Source: Candidatus Zixiibacteriota bacterium
GTDB taxonomy: Bacteria; Zixibacteria; MSB-5A5; UBA10806; 4484-95
Direction of reading: 5' to 3'
Length of the DNA: 64,000 nucleotides
NCBI GenBank assembly: GCA_037441845.1
Contig: JBBIRK010000006.1
Location: 160,001-224,000, forward strand
The notes under the pieces were generated by a model, which made no database searches, was not told the DNA's origin, and saw only the letters and a list, made by a program, of their open reading frames with translations. Positions 1 to 9,354 of the stretch are shown here, in pieces. A program made the translations under genes and the position numbers. Position 1 is the stretch's first letter. Each line of letters starts with the position of its first letter.

Positions 1-764
1 AGCGGTGCTTTTTCGAACCAAGCCAGCATCGGTCGCAGCTCCACCACTTTTCCGATTACCACCAACGACGGCGGCCTGATTTTCTTTTCGATTGCTTTCA
101 CGGCCAATCTTCCCAATGGTGCGCCGACGATATGCTGCGTCGGCTCCGTTCCGCGCTCGATAATAACCGCAGGAGTATCGGGGTCAAGGCCGCTTTTTAT
201 CAGCCTCCCGCTTAACGATTCAAGTTCCTCCACGCCCATATAAATAATCAGGGTTCCGTTTCTCAACTTCGCCAGCGATTCCCATGGAACATCCGATATT
301 TCCTTCGTTTTCGATTTGTGCCCGGTGGCGAGAACGGCATACGAGGAATATCTTCTATCGGTGATCGGGATTCCGGCATATCCGGGGACCGCCGTTCCCG
401 CCGTGATGCCGGGAATCACCTCGAAATCAATCCCGTTTCGGCATAGATATTCGGCTTCTTCACCGCCCCGGCCGAATATAAAAGGATCGCCGCCTTTCAG
501 CCGAGCCACGTTTTTCCCCTCGGTTGCGAGTTTAACCATCAATTCGTTTATTTCGTTCTGCTCCGTGGAAAAATGTCCTCCGCGCTTGCCCGCAAAATAT
601 ATTTCGCAGTTTTGTGAAACCCCGATAATGAGTTCCAGGGGCGTAAGGTAATCGTAAATCAACGCATCGCATTGCTCGAGGATCGCTTTACCTTTGACCG
701 AAATCAAATCCGGATCGCCCGGTCCTGCGCCTATCAGGTAAACTTTTCCTTTTCCTTCAGCCAT
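1..764 (-). CDS. cobA: Uroporphyrinogen-III C-methyltransferase, probably the N-terminal half of a CobA-HemD fusion (runs off the left edge)
   Basis: Not in the ORF track; translated by hand from ATG at 764: MAEGKGKVYLIGAGPGDPDLISVKG...VARLKGGDPFIFGRGGEEA. The reading at the window edge (LAWFEKAP) resembles the linker of CobA-HemD fusions. Overlaps the hemC stop. Confidence 0.92.
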   Translation of the reverse strand, partial: MAEGKGKVYLIGAGPGDPDLISVKGKAILEQCDALIYDYLTPLELIIGVSQNCEIYFAGKRGGHFSTEQNEINELMVKLATEGKNVARLKGGDPFIFGRGGEEAEYLCRNGIDFEVIPGITAGTAVPGYAGIPITDRRYSSYAVLATGHKSKTKEISDVPWESLAKLRNGTLIIYMGVEELESLSGRLIKSGLDPDTPAVIIERGTEPTQHIVGAPLGRLAVKAIEKKIRPPSLVVIGKVVELRPMLAWFEKAP

Positions 765-1683
765 CGATATCGCCCAGTAATGATTTCACGTTATTTGATT
801 CCAATTTGGCCGCGATCTTATCCAATAAAATCGAGTCTTGTTCATGCAAAGGAATTCTTTCCTCCAGATCGATCCGCTTTCGGCCGTCGCGGGCCAGCGC
901 CGCAATCGTGACCGCGAATTCGCCGCCCATTGGCCGCGCGTAAACGCCGATCGCCGCCCCGCAACCGACGGAAAGCAGGTTGAGAACCGCCTTTTCCAAC
1001 GAGACTGCCCTTCGCGAGATCGGATCATCGATCGCCGCCAGCATCTCCATCAACCGATTGTCGTCCCGGCGCACCTGAATCGCCAGAGCCCCCTGGCCGG
1101 CGGCAGGCACCAAATCCGTCGGCTCGAATACTTGGGTGATTTCATCGGCCAACCCGAGCCGCTCGAGTCCGATTCGGGAAAGGACGATCGCCTGTAATCG
1201 GTCGTAATGCAGTTTTTTTAATCTGGTCTCTACATTTCCCCGCAAATTTTCGATCGATAAATCCGGCCGGCGGTTGAGCAGCATGGCTTTCCGTCTCACC
1301 GAACCGGTGCCGATGCGGCTTCCCGGCGGAAGCCGTTCCAGCGTCAACCCTGATTTGCTGACCAACACGTCCTCGCAATTATCCCTGGGGGGTACTGCCG
1401 CGATAACAAGTTCCGGAATTTCTCGAGAAGGCAGATCTTTGGCCGAATGAACCGCCATATCTATCATGCCGGCGATCAGTTGCCTTTCTATATTCTTGGT
1501 GAACACGCCCGGCTCTGGCATTTTATCCAGCGGTGTCCCCGTATCCGAATCGCCCGTGGTCGTAATACGCACGATCTCCCAAATCGCTTCATTACATTTA
1601 TCTTTGAGCAAGGCGATGACTTGATTGGTTTGGGCCATGGCCAGCTTACTGGCGCGCGTTCCAACCCTGATGTGGGAATTCAT
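757..1683 (-). CDS. hemC: Hydroxymethylbilane synthase (porphobilinogen deaminase)
   Basis: IRVGTRASKLA, TTGD, GVFTK, AVHSAKDLP, GTGSVRR, LRGNVETRL, PAAGQGAL and GC cofactor cysteine. Confidence 0.96.
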   Translation of the reverse strand: MNSHIRVGTRASKLAMAQTNQVIALLKDKCNEAIWEIVRITTTGDSDTGTPLDKMPEPGVFTKNIERQLIAGMIDMAVHSAKDLPSREIPELVIAAVPPRDNCEDVLVSKSGLTLERLPPGSRIGTGSVRRKAMLLNRRPDLSIENLRGNVETRLKKLHYDRLQAIVLSRIGLERLGLADEITQVFEPTDLVPAAGQGALAIQVRRDDNRLMEMLAAIDDPISRRAVSLEKAVLNLLSVGCGAAIGVYARPMGGEFAVTIAALARDGRKRIDLEERIPLHEQDSILLDKIAAKLESNNVKSLLGDIDG

Positions 1684-2342
1684 TCCGTGGTTTCGCCGGT
1701 TTTTGTGGGTTCGAGCATCTCGACGAGCATGTTTTCGATTCTACGATCATCGCCCGATTCCAGAGCCGATTTCCAGTCGGCCATGAGAAATCTTTCGTAA
1801 CAGGCGGTTTTATTGGCCAGATCGTCTCCCCATCTTTCTCTGGTCATCGTCCTGAAATGCGCCGCCAGAGCCGCGATTTTCGACCAGTGCGGCTTGAACA
1901 TGCCGTCGAGGACCATTTTCAGATGGCCGGCCAGAAACGGCGCCTGACCATCGGTGGAAATGGCTATCGACAGGTTATCTCGCCTTAATGTCGCCGGGAA
2001 TATGATGTCGCATTGATCGGGGTTGTCCACGGCGTTGACCGGAACCCCGGCTTTCCGGCAGTCGTCGCTGACAGCCCTATTGATTTCGGGATCCTGGCTG
2101 GCGGCGATCACGAATCCATAAGCCGCCGCCTCCGGCGATATATAACTTCGCCTGATCAATTTCACCTTTTCCTTGTCGGCGAACCATTCGATTTTATCGA
2201 CGAAAGCCGGTGATATCACGGTTATATCGGCGTGGTAATCGATCAAAATTTCGATTTTGCGAAGCGCCACTTGCCCGCCGCCGATTATCAACACCGGCCT
2301 GTTTTCCAACGAGATCCCCACCGGCATGAATTTATGAGCCAT
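1680..2342 (-). CDS. Precorrin-2 dehydrogenase / sirohydrochlorin ferrochelatase (SirC/Met8/CysG N-terminal type)
   Basis: VLIIGGGQVALRK Rossmann motif, VNAVDNP..CD..FPA and IAISTDGQAP motifs; sits in a siroheme gene run. Confidence 0.9.
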   Translation of the reverse strand: MAHKFMPVGISLENRPVLIIGGGQVALRKIEILIDYHADITVISPAFVDKIEWFADKEKVKLIRRSYISPEAAAYGFVIAASQDPEINRAVSDDCRKAGVPVNAVDNPDQCDIIFPATLRRDNLSIAISTDGQAPFLAGHLKMVLDGMFKPHWSKIAALAAHFRTMTRERWGDDLANKTACYERFLMADWKSALESGDDRRIENMLVEMLEPTKTGETTE

Positions 2343-2363
2343 AGTTTTTTTCCCTTTTGTCGA

Positions 2364-3563
2364 TCAGGTTTCGGCGTTCGACTTGAGCTTGAGCAGTTTC
2401 TGCGTATATTTCTTGATCGCTTCTTCGAGCTCGATTCGCGAATGCTCCGGCAATCCGGAAATGATCGGCGACAGCTCGCTGTTCATCAGCTCATCCGCTT
2501 GCCGGGCCAGGCCGTTATAAGCCGGTTCGAGACGCGCGTGATCATACCAGTAGATAAACTCGTCCAATCTCCTTTCTATTATCTCCTCGGCTTTGATCAC
2601 CGCCTGCTGCTTTGCCTGGTTGGCCGCTTTGATAGATTCTCTCACGTCGTCGAGATCGAGCACTTCGACCTGCCGCGCATAATTTTTGGGAACGTCTATA
2701 TCGCGCGGCACGGCCATGTCCAACATGATCAGCTTCCTGCCGCCGCGGGATGATATTAATCGGTCTATCATTTTTTTATTTATCAACGGCTCTCTCGCAG
2801 AGGTGCAGCTGATAACCACATCCGCTTGGCGAATCAGGTTTTCGAGCTCTTCCAGCGGATATCCGGTTCCCTGGTATCGCCCGGCGAGTTCTTCAGCTTT
2901 TGATTTGGTTCGATTGACGAAGCTGAGCTTGGAATAACCCAGACGGTTCAACGCGGAGGCCGCCAGCGCTATCATCTGATTGACGCCGATCAGTACGATC
3001 ACCGGATTCTCCAATTCTGCAAGCCTGCTTTTCAGCAACTCGATCGAGGCGCTGCTGACCGAACAGGCTCCCCGTCCAAGTTCCGTATCCGTACGTGTCT
3101 GTTTGCCGACACGAAAGGCCTGATGAAAAAGTCGGTGCAGTATTTTCCCCGCGGCTTTGACGTTGCAGGCCGAGGTGTACGCCTCGCGGACCTGTCCCTG
3201 TATATGATTTTCTCCCAGCACCATCGAATCGACTCCGGCGGCGACCCGGAAGAGGTGATCAGCCGCATGCCGATCCTTTTTTATATAAAAATGCTCTTTC
3301 CACCTGTCGATTGAAACGGCGGAAAAATCGGCATAGAAATGCTCGATAATCGAGAATGGATTTTGTCTGTTTTCGGTTACCAGATAAAATTCAATCCTGT
3401 TGCAGGTGGCCACGATCGCCGATTCCAAAACGCCGTCCTGCCTGCTTAATATCATATTCGCTTTGGCCAGTTCCTCCCGCGTTATTTGGAGTGGTTGGCG
3501 GATCTCCACGCTACCGGTGCGGTGATTTATTCCGCATACTATCAAGCTGACTCTACCGGACAT
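2364..3563 (-). CDS. hemA: Glutamyl-tRNA reductase
   Basis: GINHRT, ATCNRIEFY, HLFRVAAGVDSMVLGE, DMAVPRDID motifs. Confidence 0.95.
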   Translation of the reverse strand: MSGRVSLIVCGINHRTGSVEIRQPLQITREELAKANMILSRQDGVLESAIVATCNRIEFYLVTENRQNPFSIIEHFYADFSAVSIDRWKEHFYIKKDRHAADHLFRVAAGVDSMVLGENHIQGQVREAYTSACNVKAAGKILHRLFHQAFRVGKQTRTDTELGRGACSVSSASIELLKSRLAELENPVIVLIGVNQMIALAASALNRLGYSKLSFVNRTKSKAEELAGRYQGTGYPLEELENLIRQADVVISCTSAREPLINKKMIDRLISSRGGRKLIMLDMAVPRDIDVPKNYARQVEVLDLDDVRESIKAANQAKQQAVIKAEEIIERRLDEFIYWYDHARLEPAYNGLARQADELMNSELSPIISGLPEHSRIELEEAIKKYTQKLLKLKSNAET

Positions 3564-3593
3564 AAATTTCCTCGGATCGTGCCCTTTGATATA

Positions 3594-5282
3594 TCAATCT
3601 AATGCCGCTTGGACTCCGCCGCCAATGATTTTCAGACTGCTGAATCCTTTTTCCCGAAGAATATGGACAGCTTGGTAGGCTCTCGAACCGCGCTTGCATA
3701 TAATCGAAATCGGGGTGGATCGATCGAACTTGAGCTCGGCGTTTTTCAACTGGCTTAACGGTAAACGGATAATTTCCCGATTTTGCCGTTCGGGAATAGG
3801 CTGACCGGAACTTTCCGATTTTTCCCGCACGTCCAGCAGCACTATCGCCGAATCGGCCTCCAGATCTCCGGGATCGGCGATCGAAATTCCGCGGTTTCTT
3901 GATAGCGCCAACGTCGCCAATTGATACAGCGGATCGAGCGCCTCGGCGAATGGCGGGGCATAGGCATGTTCGAAAGCCAATAGATCATGGATTGTCGAAT
4001 ATTTACGAAGCAGTGCCGAAAATACGTCGAGACGGCGGCATATATCTCCGTTGCCGGCCGCCTGCAACCCCAGCAGTCTGCCCTCGGTTTTGCCGAAGAT
4101 CATCTTGAGAACGAAACTCTTTTTCTCCGGATAATAATCCGGTCTATCGACGAACGAGCCCCAAACACAATCCGGATTCAATCCGGCCGCGGCCGCCTTT
4201 TTGAAACTTACACCGACCGCACCGGCATTCAAATCGAATATCTTCACAATCATATTGCCCAATACCGGCGGATTTTCGGCATTTCCACCGGCAAAATTTT
4301 CCGCGATAATCCAGCCATGCTTATTGGCAAGCGAACCCATCGGCAAATAACATGGTTCGCCGGTTATCAGGTGCACGGACTCGATGCAGTCGCCGCCGGC
4401 GTAGATATCGGGATCCGACGTGGCCAATCGGCTGTCCACCTTTATCGCCCCCGACTTTCCGAGAGTCAACCCGGCTTGGGTAGCAAGTGCCGTATTCGGC
4501 TGAACCCCAAGCGCCAGAAAAAGATAATCGGCTGAGATTTCGTCTCCGCCGGCAATTGAAACGGCCGGTCTTCCGTCCCTGTCGAAAACACTGCCGATAT
4601 TCGCTCCCTTTACGACTCTCACCTTTTTCCGTTCGAGCTCGCGCTCGACAACGGCTGCCATCTCCGGATCGAACATCGCCGGCAGCAATTGATCGGCCTT
4701 TTCTATCAGCGTCGTTTGGATACCCCAAAGGCCTCCTACAGCCTCGGCCAACTCACAACCGATAAGACCGCCGCCTATTATTATGGCCGATTCTATTTTC
4801 CCGGATTCGGCCTTAGCTCGAAATTTTATCGCATCTTCCGGTCTGGTGAAATACGAAATCGTCTCCACATCAGGGACCGGAAAGGGGGAAGGTATCGGCA
4901 CGCCGCCGGTGGCCAAAACAAGTTTACCATAGCGATGACAAGTCGGTTTATCTTGATTTTTCGAACGCAGGGTTACCGTTTTCGCGGTCCGATCGATAGC
5001 GGTCACTTCGGTATCGGTATAAACATCGAACCCTTTGACGTCTCTGAAAAACGCCGTATCTCTTTCCACTCCATACGGAGTCATCTGCAGTTCTTTGAAT
5101 GTTCCTACATCGCCCGAGGCGAAATAGGGCAGGCCGCACGAGGCGAACGATATGTAGTCGGATTTTTCGAAAAGAGTGATCTTTGCTTTGGGCAAACGTC
5201 TGGCCAGCGCCGAGGCGGTTTTCATTCCTGCTGCTGCTCCACCGACAATTACGAAATCCGAGTACTGATTATCAATAAGCAT
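3594..5282 (-). CDS. CoA-disulfide/persulfide reductase-like flavoprotein with C-terminal rhodanese domain (Npsr/CoADR-RHD type)
   Basis: VIVGGAAAG FAD motif, SFASCGLPY redox Cys, GGGLIGCE NAD motif, YAGGDC, HAYAPPF, then rhodanese LLDVRE...ICKRGSRA. Start moved from 5327 to ATG 5282, which follows GAAGGAGG. Confidence 0.88.
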   Translation of the reverse strand: MLIDNQYSDFVIVGGAAAGMKTASALARRLPKAKITLFEKSDYISFASCGLPYFASGDVGTFKELQMTPYGVERDTAFFRDVKGFDVYTDTEVTAIDRTAKTVTLRSKNQDKPTCHRYGKLVLATGGVPIPSPFPVPDVETISYFTRPEDAIKFRAKAESGKIESAIIIGGGLIGCELAEAVGGLWGIQTTLIEKADQLLPAMFDPEMAAVVERELERKKVRVVKGANIGSVFDRDGRPAVSIAGGDEISADYLFLALGVQPNTALATQAGLTLGKSGAIKVDSRLATSDPDIYAGGDCIESVHLITGEPCYLPMGSLANKHGWIIAENFAGGNAENPPVLGNMIVKIFDLNAGAVGVSFKKAAAAGLNPDCVWGSFVDRPDYYPEKKSFVLKMIFGKTEGRLLGLQAAGNGDICRRLDVFSALLRKYSTIHDLLAFEHAYAPPFAEALDPLYQLATLALSRNRGISIADPGDLEADSAIVLLDVREKSESSGQPIPERQNREIIRLPLSQLKNAELKFDRSTPISIICKRGSRAYQAVHILREKGFSSLKIIGGGVQAALD

Positions 5283-5325
5283 CACCGCGTCCTCCTTCAA
5301 ACGACCTCCGGCCGGCAATAAACGC

Positions 5326-5350
5326 AAAAGGGTCCGGCATGCCAGACCCT
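5326..5350 (-). terminator. Probable intrinsic terminator after dsrP
   Basis: Minus strand reads AGGGTCTGG-CATG-CCGGACCCT followed by TTTG. Confidence 0.55.
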
Positions 5351-5408
5351 CCTGTTTTATTCCGCTTGTTTCCTCTGGCGGATCACCGGAATGACCTCGC
5401 TGTCATCT

Positions 5409-6566
5409 TCAAGCCATCGCCTCTTCCTTATACGACAGAGCTATTTTGTAGAAGATAGTAACCAAGAAGAAGCCGATCGCATAGACGCCCAACGATATCA
5501 GCAATTCCGGAATAGTGGGGGAATATTCCGTCACATGTCCGATAGGCGAGGGCACGAATCCGGCTACCACCATCCCCAGCCCTTTGTCGATCCAAATGGA
5601 GCCGAAAACCATCAAACACGCCGCAATCAGCAGCCCGTTCACACGCCGCAATTTCGGCACTATCAATATCACCAGCGACAGCACCGCCAGAAACACCGAG
5701 GTCCACATCCATGGCACCAACCGCGATTTCCCCTCGAGGCCGAAATACAGATACCGGAAATGCTCCAGATGTTCCGGAATATTGCTGTAAAACGCGGTGA
5801 AAATCTCCATTAGGATAAAGAATACATTGATACACATGGCATAAGTTACAATCTGCGTCAGCTTGCCTATCGCCTCCTGCCCGGCGTCGAATTTGGTTAG
5901 CTTACGGATAATAAAACACATCAGTATCAACAGGGCCGGCCCCGAGGCAAAAGCGGAGGCGAGAAAACGCGGGGCCAATATCGCGGTCAACCAAAACGGT
6001 CGAGCGGCCAAGCCCGAATACAGGAAAGCGGTAACCGTATGGATACTTATCGCCCACGGAATGGACAAAATTATTATCGGTTTTATCCAGCCCGGAGGGG
6101 CGATCGCCTTGCGCTCGGCGTTTAATGTCACTCTGCTGATTATCACGTTCAATAATAGGTAGCCGCCCAGGGCTATCGAATCCCAGAACATCAACGAATG
6201 GGGCGTCGGATACAACATGACGTTGGGAACGCGGGTCGGCTGTCCCATATCGACGAAAATGAACAACATGCACATCATCACCGCGGCGATAGCCAAAAAT
6301 TCGCCCAGAATAGTTATTTTCCCGAACGCCTTGTAATTATGCAGATAATAGGGCAATACCACCATCACCGCCGAGGCGGCCACACCGACCAAGAAAGTGA
6401 ATTGCGCGATATAAAATCCCCAGGTGACGTCGCGGCTCAATCCGGTGATACCCAGGCCGTAGGCAAGCTGTTTCAAATAAAACAAGAAGCCGATGAAAAT
6501 CACAATTCCCAGCAACGTTATCCACAGCCAATATCTTCGATCTCCGATTAGCGCTCTTTCCAGCAT
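5409..6566 (-). CDS. dsrP: DsrP, NrfD/PsrC-family integral membrane subunit
   Basis: GLSRDVTWGFYIAQFTFLVGVAASAV, SIHTVTAF, APRFLASAF; about 10 hydrophobic segments; last gene of dsrMKJOP. Confidence 0.95.
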   Translation of the reverse strand: MLERALIGDRRYWLWITLLGIVIFIGFLFYLKQLAYGLGITGLSRDVTWGFYIAQFTFLVGVAASAVMVVLPYYLHNYKAFGKITILGEFLAIAAVMMCMLFIFVDMGQPTRVPNVMLYPTPHSLMFWDSIALGGYLLLNVIISRVTLNAERKAIAPPGWIKPIIILSIPWAISIHTVTAFLYSGLAARPFWLTAILAPRFLASAFASGPALLILMCFIIRKLTKFDAGQEAIGKLTQIVTYAMCINVFFILMEIFTAFYSNIPEHLEHFRYLYFGLEGKSRLVPWMWTSVFLAVLSLVILIVPKLRRVNGLLIAACLMVFGSIWIDKGLGMVVAGFVPSPIGHVTEYSPTIPELLISLGVYAIGFFLVTIFYKIALSYKEEAMA

Positions 6567-6573
6567 ATTTACC

Positions 6574-7356
6574 TCAAACTATGTAATAGATTTGCGGTTT
6601 GGTGCCGAGTCCGGCCTTGCGGCGGATAGTGAAATTTTCGCTGAGGATCCGCCTTACCTCCGAATCCGGATTTTCCAGGTCGCCGAAATGCAGCGCCTTA
6701 TGTTTGCAGGCTTCGACACAGGCGGGAAGCAATCCCTTGGCCAGCCGCTCCTCGCAGAAAGTGCACTTTTCGACCACGCCGCGGCTGCGCGTCGGAAATT
6801 CCGGGCGCAGTTCTTTTATGAAAGGACGGGGATCGCGCCAGTTGAAACTGCGCGAACCGTAAGGACAGGCGGCCACGCAATAGCGGCAGCCGATACACCT
6901 GTGCCAATCCATCATGACGATTCCGTCTTTGCGGCGCCAGGTAGCCTTCGTCGGGCAGACTCCCACGCAGGGGGGATTGTCGCAATGGTTGCAAAGCACC
7001 AATACCGGCTTTTCGAGCACCTCATGAACCAAATGCTCATGTTCTAAATCCGGAAACGCCCCCTCGAATTTTTCTTTCCATATCCATTTGATTTCGTCTT
7101 TCGGATTATCGAACCGGGGCACATTATGGGTCAGATGACAGGCCTCGATACAATCGCGGCAATTATCAACCTCACGGCATTTCCGAAAATCGACCACCAT
7201 AGCCCAGCGGGCGGCGGTCAGCGGACCGCTGGTTTGCGGCGGATTGACGATCAGCGAATCCTCGCCGGCTATAGCCCGCAAAGGGAAATTGATTGCGCAG
7301 CCGAACGCCGCCGCTGAACCGGCCAAACGCAAAAATTCCCGCCTATTTACTGACAT
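6574..7356 (-). CDS. dsrO: DsrO, Tat-exported ferredoxin-like subunit
   Basis: NRREFL Tat motif; CNHCDNPPCVGVCP, CIGCRYCVAACP, KCTFC..R and PACVEAC motifs. Confidence 0.95.
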   Translation of the reverse strand: MSVNRREFLRLAGSAAAFGCAINFPLRAIAGEDSLIVNPPQTSGPLTAARWAMVVDFRKCREVDNCRDCIEACHLTHNVPRFDNPKDEIKWIWKEKFEGAFPDLEHEHLVHEVLEKPVLVLCNHCDNPPCVGVCPTKATWRRKDGIVMMDWHRCIGCRYCVAACPYGSRSFNWRDPRPFIKELRPEFPTRSRGVVEKCTFCEERLAKGLLPACVEACKHKALHFGDLENPDSEVRRILSENFTIRRKAGLGTKPQIYYIV

Positions 7357-7741
7357 TGCGCACCTCCTGCGGTTCCAGATGGCAGTCCCAGCAATAAGGG
7401 CTGACGCCCACGAAGGTATGGCATTTGTCGCAAAAATCGGATTTGTTGGAATGGCAGTTCATACAAGTATTGGTCAGGCTCATTTCGATCTCTTTTCCCG
7501 TAAATGTCGTGTAAGTCCTGATTCCCCGACGAACTACCGAGTCGCGCCACTGATTGAGGAAATCCATGTGTGCGGCAGTCATATAATCTGTCGGAGCCAC
7601 ACATTGTTTTTCCGCTGTCACCAATTTCGGTTCCGGACGATAATCCGCTTGGCCGCTTATTAGAGCGTTATACCAGAACGGCACCGTGATTATCGCCAGA
7701 AATATGATCAGTCCCGTCAAAATTTTACCAGCATCGTACAT
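7343..7741 (-). CDS. dsrJ: DsrJ, triheme cytochrome c
   Basis: N-terminal membrane anchor, three CxxCH motifs (CMNCH, CDKCH, CWDCH) and the CV...M..HM..L..WRD.VVR signature. Confidence 0.95.
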   Translation of the reverse strand: MYDAGKILTGLIIFLAIITVPFWYNALISGQADYRPEPKLVTAEKQCVAPTDYMTAAHMDFLNQWRDSVVRRGIRTYTTFTGKEIEMSLTNTCMNCHSNKSDFCDKCHTFVGVSPYCWDCHLEPQEVRNVSK

Positions 7742-7743
7742 AA

Positions 7744-9354
7744 TTACCGTTCCTCCCCCGGTGAAAACGGAGTTCCCCGCAGATCGACCTCCCGCTTTTT
7801 TTCGCCTTTCATTACCAACGCATTGCCGACCAGCTCATGCACGCCGGCAACCTCGACACCCGGCACCCAATATTCGAGCAGCGGCGGTAGCGTTGCTTTA
7901 TCGATAGCGCAAATACAAGCCAGCAGATTGACGCCGTGCTTTTCACTGACGAACTTCACAGCGTTGGCTCGCGGCAAGCCTCCCCGAAGCCGCATTTCGA
8001 GATTTTCGTCGGTGCCCAATCCCGATCCGGAACCGCAGCAGAAAGTTTGCTCTCTGATAGTGTTTTCCGGCATCTCGTGGAAACGATTGCAGACGTTTTT
8101 CAATATATACCGCGGTTCCTCGAGCAACCCCATCGCCCTTGAGGGATTGCACGAATCGTGAAATGTCACGTTCCAATGGTCGTTGCGGCTCGGATCAAGT
8201 TTCAACTTTCCGTGCTTAATCAGGTCGGCGGTGAATTCGCAAATATGCACCATCTTGGTCGATTTGGCGTTTTCGAATCTGGTTCCCGTAATCGGCGAAA
8301 CCGGCGGCTCGAGAAAATCGGCCGGACCGTTTATGGTGTCCATATATTGGTGAAGCACCCGCCACATATGCCCGCATTCGCCTCCGATTATCCATTTCAC
8401 TTTCAGGCGGCGCGCTTCGGCGTAGATTTTGTTGTTCAGCCTTTTCATCATCTCGGCTGAATGGAACAGGCCGAAATTGCCCCCTTCGGAGGCATAAGCG
8501 CTGAAAGTATAGCTCAATCCGATTTCGTGGAACAGCGCCAGATAACCCAAGAGCGTGTAATAATGAGGCGTGCCGAAATAATCCGCCGACGGCACCACGA
8601 ATAAGATGTCTTTACCTTTCTCGTTGATCGGAGCGTTCACTCGTATTCCGGTCAATTCCTCAAGTTCGTCGACCGCGAATTCGATACTGTCTTTGAATCC
8701 GTGGGGTTGAATTCCGAGATGATTGCCGGTGCGGAAACAATTGGCCGCCGGAGTGGTAATCCAGTCGATCCCGCAGCCGATCAGATTCAACAGCTCGCGC
8801 ACCATCATCGTAATTTCCGCCGTGTCTATTCCATAAGGGCAAAAAACCGAGCAGCGGCGGCACTCGGTGCATTGATAGAAATAATAGAACCACTCCTTCA
8901 CGACTTGCTCGGTCAATTCTCTGGCGCCGGCCATCCTGCCCATTATCTTGCCCGCCAAAGTGAAATCGTTGCGATAAACCGAACGGAGCAGCTCGGCGCG
9001 CAAGACCGGCATGTTTTTGGGATCGCCCGAACCGATGAAAAAATGACACTTGTCGGCGCAAGCTCCGCAGCGCACGCATATATCCATAAAAATTTTCAAC
9101 GAACGGTATCGGTTCAGACGTTCTCGCAGCCCGTTCAAAATGATTTCTTTCCAATTTTCCGGCAACTTCCAGTCGGCGTCGGTCGGTTGCCATTTGCGGA
9201 CATGGGGCAAGCCGAGATATTCAGCGCGCTCGGGAACCGCCGCATAATTGTATGTTCCGTGGCGGAATTCGACCGCCGGATCCATCCAGCTTTTTTTCGG
9301 AGGATTATAATCTATGCGCCCGAGCTCTTCGGGTTTAGGTGTCTTTTCAGCCAT
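7744..9354 (-). CDS. dsrK: DsrK, HdrD-like catalytic Fe-S subunit
   Basis: CVRCGACADKC and CTECRRCSVFCP clusters; GECGH, HDSCN and CCGSGSG. Start taken at ATG 9354, coupled to the dsrM stop (TGATG). Confidence 0.95.
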   Translation of the reverse strand: MAEKTPKPEELGRIDYNPPKKSWMDPAVEFRHGTYNYAAVPERAEYLGLPHVRKWQPTDADWKLPENWKEIILNGLRERLNRYRSLKIFMDICVRCGACADKCHFFIGSGDPKNMPVLRAELLRSVYRNDFTLAGKIMGRMAGARELTEQVVKEWFYYFYQCTECRRCSVFCPYGIDTAEITMMVRELLNLIGCGIDWITTPAANCFRTGNHLGIQPHGFKDSIEFAVDELEELTGIRVNAPINEKGKDILFVVPSADYFGTPHYYTLLGYLALFHEIGLSYTFSAYASEGGNFGLFHSAEMMKRLNNKIYAEARRLKVKWIIGGECGHMWRVLHQYMDTINGPADFLEPPVSPITGTRFENAKSTKMVHICEFTADLIKHGKLKLDPSRNDHWNVTFHDSCNPSRAMGLLEEPRYILKNVCNRFHEMPENTIREQTFCCGSGSGLGTDENLEMRLRGGLPRANAVKFVSEKHGVNLLACICAIDKATLPPLLEYWVPGVEVAGVHELVGNALVMKGEKKREVDLRGTPFSPGEER

